Shown here: positions 1-9,089 of the stretch, one piece after another
How the letters are laid out: each line of letters starts with the position of its first letter
Numbering within the stretch: position 1 is the first letter of the stretch
NCBI GenBank assembly: GCA_035602795.1
Contig: DATNLP010000413.1
Span: 1-43,835, forward strand
DNA length: 43,835 bases
Direction of reading: 5' to 3'
From: Acidimicrobiales bacterium
GTDB taxonomy: Bacteria > Actinomycetota > Acidimicrobiia > Acidimicrobiales > RAAP-2
Notes under the pieces: model-generated
The model's input: the letters and a program-made list of their open reading frames with translations, nothing else
Told to the model about the DNA's origin: nothing
The model's database searches: none
Made by a program: the position numbers and the translations under genes

Positions 1-18
1 GCGCCCGCGCCACGCCCC

Positions 19-459
19 GTGCTGTGGCGGCCCGAAGACCTCCTCCGGTGGGCACTCACGGTGGGGATCGGCGGCATCGTCGTGGCGGTGTCGTGGTACG
101 TCTGCGCCGGCGACGTCTCGTTCAGCCAGCAGATCGGGCCGGCCGACGCCGCCGTCGCCGGACTTCTGCTGGCCGGCATCGGCAACGTCGGCTGGTTGTT
201 GCGCGGCCGCCGCATCCTCGGCGAGCGCCGGCGCGCCCTCCTGCCCGACGTCCCCGCCCGCGTCGCCGTGGGGACGGTCCGTCCGGTCGGCGTGCACCAC
301 GAGGAGGAGGCCGGGGCGCTCTACGTGGCGGGTGACGGCATGGAGCGGTTCCACCGTCCCGACTGCCTGCTTGCGTCGGGGCGTCACGATTGGACGGCGA
401 AGACCCGGACCGAGCACGAGGTGGCCGGTCGCCGACCCTGCGGAGTGTGCCGCCCGTGA
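19..459 (+). CDS. Small membrane protein with C-terminal Ada-like Cys zinc-ribbon motif (possibly 5'-incomplete)
   Basis: Two hydrophobic helices (LTVGIGGIVVAVSWYV; AVAGLLLAGIGNVGWLL). C-terminus FHRPDC...AGRRPCGVCRP resembles the Ada N-terminal metal-binding motif (YxRPxC...GxRPCxxCxP). The reading frame stays open to the window edge, so the start may lie upstream. Confidence 0.55.
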   Translation: MLWRPEDLLRWALTVGIGGIVVAVSWYVCAGDVSFSQQIGPADAAVAGLLLAGIGNVGWLLRGRRILGERRRALLPDVPARVAVGTVRPVGVHHEEEAGALYVAGDGMERFHRPDCLLASGRHDWTAKTRTEHEVAGRRPCGVCRP

Positions 460-500
460 GCGCTCTGCCGTCCCTCCTGCTCGGGCGGGAAGCCACGACC

Positions 501-2531
501 ATGAGCAGTGACGCCCAGCAGCTCGTGCGCCGGGCGCTGGCCGTCGTGGCTCTCGGGATCGTGGCGGTGCTCCTCACCGTCGTCTTCTCGGTCGGCCCCT
601 ACGTCGTCACGGGGATCGCCGACGGATCCATCTACGCGCTGGCCGCATTGGGCCTCGTGCTCACCTACAAGACCTCCGGCATCTTCAACTTCGCCATCGG
701 AGCCCAGGCCGCCGCCTCGGCCTTCGTCTTCTATTCCTTCCGCGTCACCATGGGCCTCCCCTGGCCGGTGGCCGCCTTCTGTTCCGTGCTCCTCGTCGGG
801 CTCGGCGGCTCGCTGCTGCTCGAACGGATCGCCTTCTGGCTCACCGGCGCCCCGGCGGCCATGAAGGTCGTGGCCACCATCGGTCTCATCGTGCTCCTCG
901 AGTCCGTGCTGACCGGGGCCTACGGACAGGCCACGATTGAGTTCAGCGCGTTCTTGCCGGCCAAGGGGATCCACCTCCTGGGCGTGAACATCCTGGGGAG
1001 CCAGCTCATCGCGGTGGCCATCGCCGTGCTCGCCACGATCGGGCTCTACCTGTTCTTCGGGCGCACCCGGCTCGGCGTCTCCATGCAGGCCGTGGTGGAC
1101 TCGCCCACCCTCCTGGCGCTGGAAGCCACCAACCCGGTCGTGGTCCGGCGCTACGCCTGGGCGATCGGGTCCTGTTTCATTTCGATCTCGGGGATAATGC
1201 TCGCGCCCACGCTGGGGATCGACTTCGACATCTTCCTGCTCGTCTTCATTGCCGCCTTCGGCGCCGCTGCCGTGGGCGCCTTCAGCAGCCTCCCCTTGAC
1301 GTTCGCCGGCGCCATCGGCATCGGCATCACCATGAACGTGCTGAGCGACAAAATGGCCGGACAGACCAATCTCGTCCTGGCCGGGCTCTACACCCAGATC
1401 CCGTTCCTCGTGCTGGTAGCCGCGCTGCTGATCGTGCCGCGGCGCAAGCTCATCACCCGCGGTGTCGGGGCCGTGCGCAAGCTGCGGCCGGCCGTCACGT
1501 TCTCGGCACCCGTCGTGGCGGCCGGAGCCGTGGGCGGAGTCGGCGTCGCCATCGCCATTCCCTTCGTCGTCGGGGCGGCCTACGTCAACCAGTGGACCAC
1601 CGGGGTGGGCTTCGCGGTGGTGTTCGCCTCGCTCGGGCTGCTGCTGTGGACGTCCGGCCAGATTTCGCTGTGCCAGATGGCGTTCGCCGCCATCGGCGCC
1701 ACGACCTTCGGCCACGCCCAGGCGGCCGGGCTCCCCTGGCTGGCCGCCCTGGCCGTCTCGGTGCTCGTCGCCGTCGTGGCGGGCGGCCTGGCCGCCATCC
1801 CCTCGTTCCGCCTCAGCGGCGTCTACCTCGCCGTGGCGACCTTCGGGTTCGGGCTCCTGCTGCAGAACCTGATCTACCCGACGTTCCTCATGTTCGGCCA
1901 GACCGACTCGGTGACGGTCGCCCGTCCACAGTTCCTCGGGATCAATGCCACCTCCGACCGGGGTTACTACTTCTTGGCCCTCGTGATCGCCGGCCTCTGT
2001 GCCGTCCTCATCGTCGGCATCCGCCGGAGCCGGCTGGGTCGCCTCCTACGAGGGCTGTCGGACTCGCCCACCGCCCTCGAAGCGCACGGCACCAACACCA
2101 GGCTGACCCGCCTCTACGTGTTCTGCGCCGCAGCGGGCATCGCCGCCGTCGGCGGCGTCCTCATCGCCGGTGTCACCCAGTCGGCGGGCGGCACCCCGAC
2201 AGGTCCGTTCGGCTACTTCAACTCCGTGGTGCTGCTCGCCGTGCTCGCCTTCTGTGGCAGCCAACCCCTGCTGTCGCCGGCCATCGCGGCCTTCGTGTTC
2301 GAGGTGGTCAAGGTCTACCTGCCGACGGGCAACACCTGGCTGACCAACTACGAAGGCGCCTTCTTCGGGCTGGCCGCCATTGCGGTGGCGGTCGTGCCCG
2401 GCATGAACCTGTCCTTCCTCGGCCGCCGCGTCCAGGAGCGCCAGGGCCGGAGCCCGGTCACGAGCCGCGGGCAGAACGGCCAGCTCACCCGGGCTTCGGT
2501 GCCTCTGGCCACGCAGGGGGTCCGCTCATGA
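501..2531 (+). CDS. Branched-chain amino acid (HAAT family) ABC transporter permease, fused LivH-LivM
   Basis: N-terminal half has the LivH-like signature (DGSIYALAALGLVLTYKTSGIFNFAIGAQ). C-terminal half is LivM-like (GQISLCQMAFAAIGATTF...RLSGVYLAVATFGFG). It is polytopic throughout. ATG at 501 chosen inside the longer 390..2531 ORF. Confidence 0.9.
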   Translation: MSSDAQQLVRRALAVVALGIVAVLLTVVFSVGPYVVTGIADGSIYALAALGLVLTYKTSGIFNFAIGAQAAASAFVFYSFRVTMGLPWPVAAFCSVLLVGLGGSLLLERIAFWLTGAPAAMKVVATIGLIVLLESVLTGAYGQATIEFSAFLPAKGIHLLGVNILGSQLIAVAIAVLATIGLYLFFGRTRLGVSMQAVVDSPTLLALEATNPVVVRRYAWAIGSCFISISGIMLAPTLGIDFDIFLLVFIAAFGAAAVGAFSSLPLTFAGAIGIGITMNVLSDKMAGQTNLVLAGLYTQIPFLVLVAALLIVPRRKLITRGVGAVRKLRPAVTFSAPVVAAGAVGGVGVAIAIPFVVGAAYVNQWTTGVGFAVVFASLGLLLWTSGQISLCQMAFAAIGATTFGHAQAAGLPWLAALAVSVLVAVVAGGLAAIPSFRLSGVYLAVATFGFGLLLQNLIYPTFLMFGQTDSVTVARPQFLGINATSDRGYYFLALVIAGLCAVLIVGIRRSRLGRLLRGLSDSPTALEAHGTNTRLTRLYVFCAAAGIAAVGGVLIAGVTQSAGGTPTGPFGYFNSVVLLAVLAFCGSQPLLSPAIAAFVFEVVKVYLPTGNTWLTNYEGAFFGLAAIAVAVVPGMNLSFLGRRVQERQGRSPVTSRGQNGQLTRASVPLATQGVRS

Positions 2532-3349
2532 CCGAGCGCCTCCCCGACCTCGCCGTCGAGCACCTGACCGTGCGGTTCGGCGGGCTGGTCGCGGTCGACG
2601 ACGTGACCCTGCACGCTCCCGAGGGAACCATCACCGGCCTGATCGGTCCCAACGGGGCGGGCAAGACCACGACGTTCAACGCCTGCGCCGGGGTGGTCCC
2701 GGCCGCCGGGAAGATCCGGCTCGGCGGCCAGGACCTGGTTCACCTGTCCACGCCGGGGCGTGCGGCGCACGGGCTCGGAAGGACGTTCCAGCGGATGGAG
2801 TTGTTCGACTCCATGACGGTGGCAGAGAACGTGGCCCTCGGTCCGGAGGCCTTCTTCGCGGCACGACGCCCATGGAGCCAGATCTCCGGAGGCCGCCGCG
2901 AGCGGCGCCAGGTCGCCGAGCGATCGCGGGCGTCAATGGAGTGGTGCGGAATAGAGACGCTGGCGGCGTCGCGCGCGGGCGACCTCTCCACTGGGCAACG
3001 ACGGCTGGTCGAGCTCGCCCGCGCCATGGCGACGCCCTTTCGCTTCCTGCTCCTCGACGAGCCATCCTCGGGTCTCGACGTGCGCGAGACGGAGCGCTTC
3101 GGCGAAATTGTGAGCAGTTTCGTCGAGGAGACGGGCACCGGCATCCTCCTGGTCGAGCACGACATGGCGTTGGTCGCCTCGGTGTGCCGGTACATCTACG
3201 TGCTCGACTTCGGCAACCTGATCTTCAACGGAACGACCTCCGAGGTCCTTTCCTCCGAGGTCGTGCGGGCGGCCTATCTCGGGTCGGACACGCCTCAACT
3301 CGAGGTGTTCACACCCGCCGACGGAGGGGAGCTGGCGCCGAATGCTTGA
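2528..3349 (+). CDS. livG: HAAT ABC transporter ATP-binding protein, LivG type
   Basis: LAVEHLTVRFGGLVAVDDVTL, Walker A GPNGAGKTT, signature LSTGQRRLVELARA, Walker B LLLDEPSSG. ATGA overlap with the permease stop. Confidence 0.93.
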   Translation: MTERLPDLAVEHLTVRFGGLVAVDDVTLHAPEGTITGLIGPNGAGKTTTFNACAGVVPAAGKIRLGGQDLVHLSTPGRAAHGLGRTFQRMELFDSMTVAENVALGPEAFFAARRPWSQISGGRRERRQVAERSRASMEWCGIETLAASRAGDLSTGQRRLVELARAMATPFRFLLLDEPSSGLDVRETERFGEIVSSFVEETGTGILLVEHDMALVASVCRYIYVLDFGNLIFNGTTSEVLSSEVVRAAYLGSDTPQLEVFTPADGGELAPNA

Positions 3350-4040
3350 GCTCCGCCAGGTCTGCGCCGGCTACGGCAGCGGCAAAGTCCTCGAGCGCGT
3401 CGATCTGGTCGTCCCCGACGGTGCGGTGGTGGCCCTTCTCGGCCCCAACGGCGCCGGGAAGACGACGCTGCTCAAAGTGGCCTCGGGGCTGCTCAGACCC
3501 TCGTCGGGCCACGTGGTCTTCGACGGCGCGGACGTGACCGCGGCCACCCCCTACGAGCTGGCCCGCCTCGGCATCTGCCACGTCCCCGAAGGCCGCGGTG
3601 TCTTCCCGACGCTCTCGGTGGCCGACAACCTGAGGCTGCAGGCACCGCCGTCGGTGGATCGTCACGCGGTGGAGAGGGCCGCCTCGGTCTTCCCCAAGCT
3701 CGGGCAGCGCCGGAACCAGCTTGCGGGCACCCTTTCGGGCGGGGAGCAGCAGATGCTGGCTTTGGCCCGGGCGTACGTCGGTACGCCGACGACGGTGCTG
3801 CTCGACGAGGTCTCCATGGGCCTGGCGCCGAAGATCGTCGACGAGATCTTCGAGTACCTGCGCCGCCTGGCGGCGGAGGGCCTCTCCCTGCTCGTCGTCG
3901 AGCAGTACGTGGCCAGGGCGCTCGAGCTGGCGGACTACGTCTACATCCTCAACCGGGGCCGGATCCGCTTCGCCGGCGAGCCGTCGGAGGTCAAGGACGA
4001 GACCGTGCTCGAGTCGTATCTCGGGGCGCTGGCATCGTGA
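3342..4040 (+). CDS. livF: HAAT ABC transporter ATP-binding protein, LivF type
   Basis: MLELRQVCAGYGSGKVL, Walker A GPNGAGKTT, signature LSGGEQQMLALARA, Walker B LLDEVSMGL. 8-nt overlap with livG. Confidence 0.93.
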   Translation: MLELRQVCAGYGSGKVLERVDLVVPDGAVVALLGPNGAGKTTLLKVASGLLRPSSGHVVFDGADVTAATPYELARLGICHVPEGRGVFPTLSVADNLRLQAPPSVDRHAVERAASVFPKLGQRRNQLAGTLSGGEQQMLALARAYVGTPTTVLLDEVSMGLAPKIVDEIFEYLRRLAAEGLSLLVVEQYVARALELADYVYILNRGRIRFAGEPSEVKDETVLESYLGALAS

Positions 4041-5455
4041 GGCGACCAGCGTTCGGCGGACGGACCAAGCTCGCCACCCGGCTGGTCCAATTGGGCGCGG
4101 TCGCCGCTCTCGGTGTGGGCATCGGCGGGATGGTGGTGAGCTCGGGTGCCGGGGCGCAGGAACGCGACGCCAGCACCACCACGACCACGACGGCCAGCAA
4201 CCCCAACACCTACAACCTCTCCGCCCTGGCCAACGCACTCGACGTCCTGGTGACCGACCCGTCGGCGCCCCTCTCGGGTGACTTGGCCTACGAGCTCGGC
4301 CCGTGGGGCGCCTCTTCCACCATCGACAGCCTCGGTGAGTCCATGTCGGACGCGGGGGCGCCGTACTCGCCCTCCATCGCCTCGCTCCCCGGGACGGTGA
4401 ACGGCATCGGCGACGGCAATGTCCCGCCCCTCCCGCCGATCCCCGGCTACGTCTCCGCCAGCTACCCGAGCACCCCGACCAACAGCCAGACCCAAGGCGG
4501 GTACCAAATCACCTCCAGCGCCTCCGCCAGCAGCGCCAAGGGCACGGTCAGTCTGGGAGCACAGCCAAGCGGGTCCCAGAACAGCACGTTCTTCGCCTCC
4601 GCCGAGACGACGGCCAACGGTGACGGCAGTGTCTCCGTCGACGCCTCGGCCGGCATGGACGCCCTCGAATTCGGTCAACTCTTCGACCTCGGCAATGTCT
4701 CCTCGACGCTGTCGATGACCCAGCAGTCGAACCAGGAGCCAACGGTGACGTCGCAGACGAACCTGGGCACCATCACCCTGCTGGGTCAGGCGTCAGGGCT
4801 GAACGCGGCGGGGGTGAGCGCGCTCGGTCAAGGCACTCCCATCGACATCAACAGCGCGGTACTCGGCGCCCTCAATTCGCTCCTTTCGGGTGCGGGCATC
4901 ACGTTCACCTACGTTCCCGAGACGTTCACCTACACCGACGGCACCAGCAGCACCGGCTCGAGCCCCGAGACCGGCAAGACGCTGCAGTCGATCGACTCGG
5001 GTGCCCTGCAGGTGGCGGAGACCCAGAACTTGCCGTCACAGGGCCAGACGACCGTGACGCTCACCCTCGGCCGGGTGTACGTCTCGACGACGGACACCCC
5101 CGGTATCGGGCCGACCACGGGAAACAGCGGGACGATCGGTAACACCGGGACCACCGGGAACACCGGGAGCGCCGTGACAACGACCGCGCCTTCGTCCTCC
5201 AGCTCGTTGGGGAACACCGGAGCGGTGAGCGGTGCCTCGGCCCTCCCCTCCTCGAGCACACCAGGCAGCAGCCCCCCGTCGTCCAGCACTCCGCCGCGCA
5301 CGCTCCAGACGTCACCCGCCTTCGCGGTGGAGGAAGGCCCGCCTGCCCAGAGCCTGTACCTGGTCCTGGTGCTGGGCGCGCTGGCCATGCTGCTCGGGAC
5401 ACAGGCACTGCGGTACTTGGCCGTACGCCTCGCGTTGAGCGGTCGAACGCAATGA
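4037..5455 (+). CDS. Secreted Ser/Thr/Gly-rich protein with C-terminal transmembrane anchor, unknown function
   Basis: N-terminal signal-like segment (LVQLGAVAALGVGIGGMVVSSGAGA) and poly-Thr tract. GN[ST]G repeats are followed by a Pro/Ser-rich stalk. C-terminal hydrophobic helix LYLVLVLGALAMLLG is followed by basic residues. GTGA overlap with the livF stop. Confidence 0.7.
   Translation: MRRPAFGGRTKLATRLVQLGAVAALGVGIGGMVVSSGAGAQERDASTTTTTTASNPNTYNLSALANALDVLVTDPSAPLSGDLAYELGPWGASSTIDSLGESMSDAGAPYSPSIASLPGTVNGIGDGNVPPLPPIPGYVSASYPSTPTNSQTQGGYQITSSASASSAKGTVSLGAQPSGSQNSTFFASAETTANGDGSVSVDASAGMDALEFGQLFDLGNVSSTLSMTQQSNQEPTVTSQTNLGTITLLGQASGLNAAGVSALGQGTPIDINSAVLGALNSLLSGAGITFTYVPETFTYTDGTSSTGSSPETGKTLQSIDSGALQVAETQNLPSQGQTTVTLTLGRVYVSTTDTPGIGPTTGNSGTIGNTGTTGNTGSAVTTTAPSSSSSLGNTGAVSGASALPSSSTPGSSPPSSSTPPRTLQTSPAFAVEEGPPAQSLYLVLVLGALAMLLGTQALRYLAVRLALSGRTQ
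5114..5170 (+). repeat. In-frame coding low-complexity repeat TTGNSGTIGNTGTTGNTGS
   Basis: Read directly: acc acg gga aac agc ggg acg atc ggt aac acc ggg acc acc ggg aac acc ggg agc. A near-identical peptide motif recurs in the next gene. Confidence 0.8.
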
Positions 5456-5489
5456 AGGGACCACGAACCCGATCGGGAGGCGATACGCA

Positions 5490-6038
5490 GTGAGCCCAAG
5501 AAGAGCAATCCGTCGTCCGAGCTGGCTCCGCCACCGGGTGCCGAGCGCCCTGTGCATGACCGCGCTCGGTATCGCCCTGGCCGTCGGGGGCGCATCCGCT
5601 GGCACAGCGTCGGCGTCCACTGGCAACTCCGGCAACACGGGCAACACAGGCTCGGGGAGTGGGGCCGCCGTCGTGACACCGCTGCTGAAATTCTTCGAGT
5701 TCGGCAACACAATCGGCCTCCCCCTGCTGTGCAGCGACGCTGGTTCGATCGTGTCCATTTTCGGGGCCCAGTCGGGTACGGCCGCAGCGACCTCGCTCAT
5801 CGTCACCCAATTGGACAGCGAGTGCTCACAACTCGCCTCTCAGGGCTCGACCTACCTGCAGCAGGCCATCAGCGAGAGTGAGTCCCTGGAGCTGATCAAT
5901 CCCTACGTCGACCCGCTCATCGGCGACCTCTCCACTGGGCTGAGCACCGTCGGCAACCAGTACGGCTCGTCCCTGGCTCCGTTCGGGCCGACGGTTGCCG
6001 GACTCGGCGGCACGGTCGCGTTCTTCGAAGGTACCTGA
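5490..6038 (+). CDS. Secreted small protein, unknown function
   Basis: GTG start preceded by GGGAGG. Signal peptide (ALCMTALGIALAVGGASAGTASA), then a TGNSGNTGNTGSGSG repeat, then a two-Cys globular part. Confidence 0.65.
   Translation: MSPRRAIRRPSWLRHRVPSALCMTALGIALAVGGASAGTASASTGNSGNTGNTGSGSGAAVVTPLLKFFEFGNTIGLPLLCSDAGSIVSIFGAQSGTAAATSLIVTQLDSECSQLASQGSTYLQQAISESESLELINPYVDPLIGDLSTGLSTVGNQYGSSLAPFGPTVAGLGGTVAFFEGT
5619..5663 (+). repeat. In-frame coding low-complexity repeat TGNSGNTGNTGSGSG
   Basis: Same GN[ST]G periodicity as 5114..5170, here immediately after the signal peptide. Confidence 0.8.
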
Positions 6039-6039
6039 G

Positions 6040-6729
6040 GTGCGCGCCCCAGCTCGGGCGCTCTTCGCTGCCGGCCTGACCCTCTCGGCCCTGGGCCTGG
6101 CCGCCTGCGGGGGCCGCTTCGTGAGCCCGCACGACGCCGCCGCCCGGACCACCGTGATCGGGAGTGGACGGACCGTCGCGGACGGCGGGGACTCGACGAC
6201 GCCGACCACCTCGTCGGCCCCGGGGTCCGGCCCGTCGGCCCTGCCGAGCCTTCCCTCGACCGCGAGCCACCCGACGACGGTTCCCACCACGACGCGCGCC
6301 GGGAGCACCGCGAGCGAGGACCCGACCCAAAGGGCGATCATCACTGACTACGAGGCGTATCTGGTCGACCTCTCCGGGCTCGACGACAACCTGAGCAAGG
6401 CCTACGTCGGTCCATTGGCGTCGGTCACCACGAACCGGCTGGCCCAGGCCAGCGTGCGCCAGGCGGCCACCCTGCTGGCTGCGCAGGAGCACGGTGTCGG
6501 GACGCTACGCGACGACCACGTCTCGGTGGTCATGACGGGACCGGCCAGCGCCGCCCTGGCCGATTGCCAGGACGAGGACCACTTCTACCTGGTCAACGAC
6601 AACTCGGGGACACCCGATCCCTTCATCGAACGGGGCTACTTCGTCGGGTCCGCCCAGATGGTGCTCCAGAACGGGCACTGGCTGGTCGACGTGTTCACGA
6701 CGACGCACGTCACCTGCGCTGCCTTCTGA
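6040..6729 (+). CDS. Putative lipoprotein, unknown function
   Basis: GTG at 6040 gives VRAPARALFAAGLTLSALGLAACGG, a lipobox-like LAAC. A Pro/Ser/Thr linker follows, then a ~130-aa globular C-terminal domain. The upstream part of ORF 5995..6729 overlaps the previous gene and was trimmed. Confidence 0.65.
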   Translation: MRAPARALFAAGLTLSALGLAACGGRFVSPHDAAARTTVIGSGRTVADGGDSTTPTTSSAPGSGPSALPSLPSTASHPTTVPTTTRAGSTASEDPTQRAIITDYEAYLVDLSGLDDNLSKAYVGPLASVTTNRLAQASVRQAATLLAAQEHGVGTLRDDHVSVVMTGPASAALADCQDEDHFYLVNDNSGTPDPFIERGYFVGSAQMVLQNGHWLVDVFTTTHVTCAAF

Positions 6730-6733
6730 CGCG

Positions 6734-7699
6734 CTAGGCGGCCGTGCGCAAGGTGGCCCCGATCGACTGGAGCGCCGCGGCGATCTGACCGAGCGCGCCC
6801 GATGGGGCCGACCGGCTCTGCACCCGTGCCTCGTCGGCCAGAGCTGCCTCGGCGTCCACCAGCAGCCCGAGACGGAGGAGCTGCGCCGTCTGCATGCTGC
6901 CGGCCGGAGGGGCGATGGCGCTCACCGCGGTCTCGGCCCGCACGAGGGCATCGGCCATGCGAGCCAGGGACGCGCTGGTCGGCGCCTTCCGGATCAACGC
7001 CTGGCGCACCGACGACTGGGTGGGGAGGTCGGATCGGGCCACGGCGGCGGACCAGCCGGACATCGACTCCGTCCCCACGGCGGCGGTGATCGTGTCGGGC
7101 CAGGACGACACCAGGGGCTCGCCCGGCGCCAGGGCGACGGTGGACCAGACGGGGATGTGCGCCGCCGCCGCCGTATCGGCTCCGGCCACGGTCGAACCGA
7201 GGTCGGGCGCCAGCTGCGCCGTGCCCTGGTCGAATGTGACGTCCCCCAGCTCACGGATGCGCTGGTACGACCGCTGGAGCTGGGTGACGAGCGGACCCGT
7301 GTGGAGCTCGGTCGCCGCCTGCAAGACGCGGAAGGATTCCAGGTAGAGCTCGACGGCCGCCGCGTAGTCGGAGCGGACGCCGGCATAGCCCGACAGCGGC
7401 GCCAGTGACGCCACCTTGTGCTCGACCGCTTCGAGCGTGGGAATGGTCCGGGTCAATGCGCGGCGTGCCGTCGCCCCCGACTCCAAGCCCTGCTGCCACG
7501 ACTGGGCCGCATTCAGGCCCGCCAGGAGATCCGCCTGCAGCGGACTGAGGTCGGTGACGATTGTCTGGTACCAGCTCCGTACTTGTGAAGCGGAGGTGGT
7601 GGGCGCCGAGTCGGCCGGCGCCGAGCTCACTGTCGCACTGGCGCCGAGAACAAATGCCGCAACGAGCGCGACGACCCACCTCTTCCACGTCGCCGTCAC
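6734..7699 (-). CDS. Secreted, predominantly helical protein, unknown function
   Basis: GTG start. Signal peptide WVVALVAAFVLGASATVSSAPA. Ala/Leu/Gln-rich sequence without recognisable catalytic motifs. Lies downstream of the binding-protein gene on the same strand. Confidence 0.6.
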   Translation of the reverse strand: MTATWKRWVVALVAAFVLGASATVSSAPADSAPTTSASQVRSWYQTIVTDLSPLQADLLAGLNAAQSWQQGLESGATARRALTRTIPTLEAVEHKVASLAPLSGYAGVRSDYAAAVELYLESFRVLQAATELHTGPLVTQLQRSYQRIRELGDVTFDQGTAQLAPDLGSTVAGADTAAAAHIPVWSTVALAPGEPLVSSWPDTITAAVGTESMSGWSAAVARSDLPTQSSVRQALIRKAPTSASLARMADALVRAETAVSAIAPPAGSMQTAQLLRLGLLVDAEAALADEARVQSRSAPSGALGQIAAALQSIGATLRTAA

Positions 7700-7790
7700 G
7701 GGGACACCTTAGGAACGTTGTGCGTCGAGTCCCGATCGCCCGACGAACGCACCCGGTCGGGACCGGGCGTCCCAGGGGGTCCCGCTCAGT

Positions 7791-9089
7791 TCAGTTCGTC
7801 TTCGCTACGGAAGTTCCCGGCACCAAGGTCTGGGTCTTGGCGTCGTAGTGATAGATCGTAACCGGGCCGATCGCGTAGGGCTGGCCTGGTGCGAAGGAGA
7901 GGGGGCCGCCTGCCCCGGGGATGCTGGCGTTCTTCAGATCGTAGCCAGCCTTGGTGAAGCTGGCCACGGTCAGGTTCTTACCCGCCGCGTCGGCGATCTT
8001 GACGAAGAGGCCGAGGTACTGGCAGGCCTCGATCACCGACTCGTACGTGGTGTCATTGGTCACCACCGTCGTCTCGGGGTTGGGCGGATTCGAGACCTGG
8101 TCCGACGGGTAGGCCTTTCGGACCTCCGCGGCGCACTTCTGAATGGCCGGGTCCTTCCACTGCTGGTAGGCGGTCGGGGTCGAAGTGGCGGCCAGCGAGT
8201 AGTCCAGGTACGGGTTGCCACCCTTGGTCGACTCGACGTACGAGATGTAGGAGGACTCGCTGGTGGCGATGTACAAGGGCTTGTACTGACTCTGCAGATC
8301 CGCCTGCGCCCGGGGCCACGTGGTCGAGCCGGAGCCGCCGACACCGAGGACCACGTTGATCCCGTCGTTCTGGAACTTCGTCTCAATGGTCTGGGTGTCC
8401 TGGTCGGAGGCGACGGTGTCGGTGGACGGCGCGTTGTCCAGAGCCGTATCCACGAGGTCCACGTGCAACTTGGCGAGATCGGCCTTGACGGCAGACACTT
8501 CCGGGGCGTCCGAGGTGGCGCCGTAGAAGATGCCGACCTTCTTGCCGTTGAATACGCCCAGCTTCTTGAACGCTGCCAGCTGCACGGCGTCGAACGGCGC
8601 GTCGGGCGGGACGATGGCGAAGTCGGGAGCTGAACCGGCCGGCAACGTGCCAGGTAGGGATCCCGCGATCACCGGCGTGTCGTGCGTCGTCTGGTAGCAG
8701 TCCGGGAACACCGGAGAGATGGAGACGAAGACGTGGTCGTCCTCGGTCAGCTGGGTGCAGGAGTTGGCCGCATCCGCCGGCAACGCCGGGTCCATACCCA
8801 CGTTGGCCAGGACCAGCTTGCGCCCGTCGACGCCACCCGCCTTGTTGATACCGGCGATGACGGCGTTGTAGGCATCGACGAAGTTGCCGTCGTTGATGTT
8901 GACGCCGAGGTTCTTGAGCTCGGTAAAATTGACCCAGGGCAGGCCGACAGTGATCGTTGTCTTGGTCACGCCCTGGTCGGCCGGGCTCGTGGCCGCACCG
9001 GCGGGGGCGACCCCGGCGGACACGATCGTGCCTCCCAGAGTGGCGAGGGCTGCGGCCGTCCACAGCACGTTCCGGACGCGCAATTTCAT
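7791..9089 (-). CDS. Secreted ABC transporter substrate-binding protein, type-I (Leu/Ile/Val-binding-like) fold
   Basis: ATG at 9089 gives MKLRVRNVLWTAAALATLGGTIVSAGVAPAGA (signal peptide). ITVGLPW...AGGVDGRKL...VFVSISP is typical of the LivJ/K-type family. It is a paralogue of the decayed gene at 28551..29712. Confidence 0.85.
   Translation of the reverse strand: MKLRVRNVLWTAAALATLGGTIVSAGVAPAGAATSPADQGVTKTTITVGLPWVNFTELKNLGVNINDGNFVDAYNAVIAGINKAGGVDGRKLVLANVGMDPALPADAANSCTQLTEDDHVFVSISPVFPDCYQTTHDTPVIAGSLPGTLPAGSAPDFAIVPPDAPFDAVQLAAFKKLGVFNGKKVGIFYGATSDAPEVSAVKADLAKLHVDLVDTALDNAPSTDTVASDQDTQTIETKFQNDGINVVLGVGGSGSTTWPRAQADLQSQYKPLYIATSESSYISYVESTKGGNPYLDYSLAATSTPTAYQQWKDPAIQKCAAEVRKAYPSDQVSNPPNPETTVVTNDTTYESVIEACQYLGLFVKIADAAGKNLTVASFTKAGYDLKNASIPGAGGPLSFAPGQPYAIGPVTIYHYDAKTQTLVPGTSVAKTN

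Noticed and set aside
384-1715. Long antisense or alternative-frame ORFs. Examples: 384..1715(-), 3309..4238(-), 5061..5810(-), 9747..10727(-), 13749..14720(-), 17613..18401(-), 18962..20461(-), 20038..21213(+), 23736..24656(+), 25297..26220(-), 26217..27566(-), 26438..28339(+), 30364..31293(-), 33402..34709(+), 35701..36783(-).
   Set aside because: Their translations are Arg/Gly/Pro/Asp/His-rich low-complexity sequences typical of off-frame reading in high-GC DNA. Each fully overlaps a gene that has clear family motifs, and none shows a recognisable domain.
5114-5663. The GN[ST]G-encoding nucleotide repeats as a possible VNTR or CRISPR-like array.
   Set aside because: The repeats are in-frame, degenerate at the nucleotide level and lie inside two coding regions. 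They reflect peptide low complexity rather than a DNA-level repeat array.
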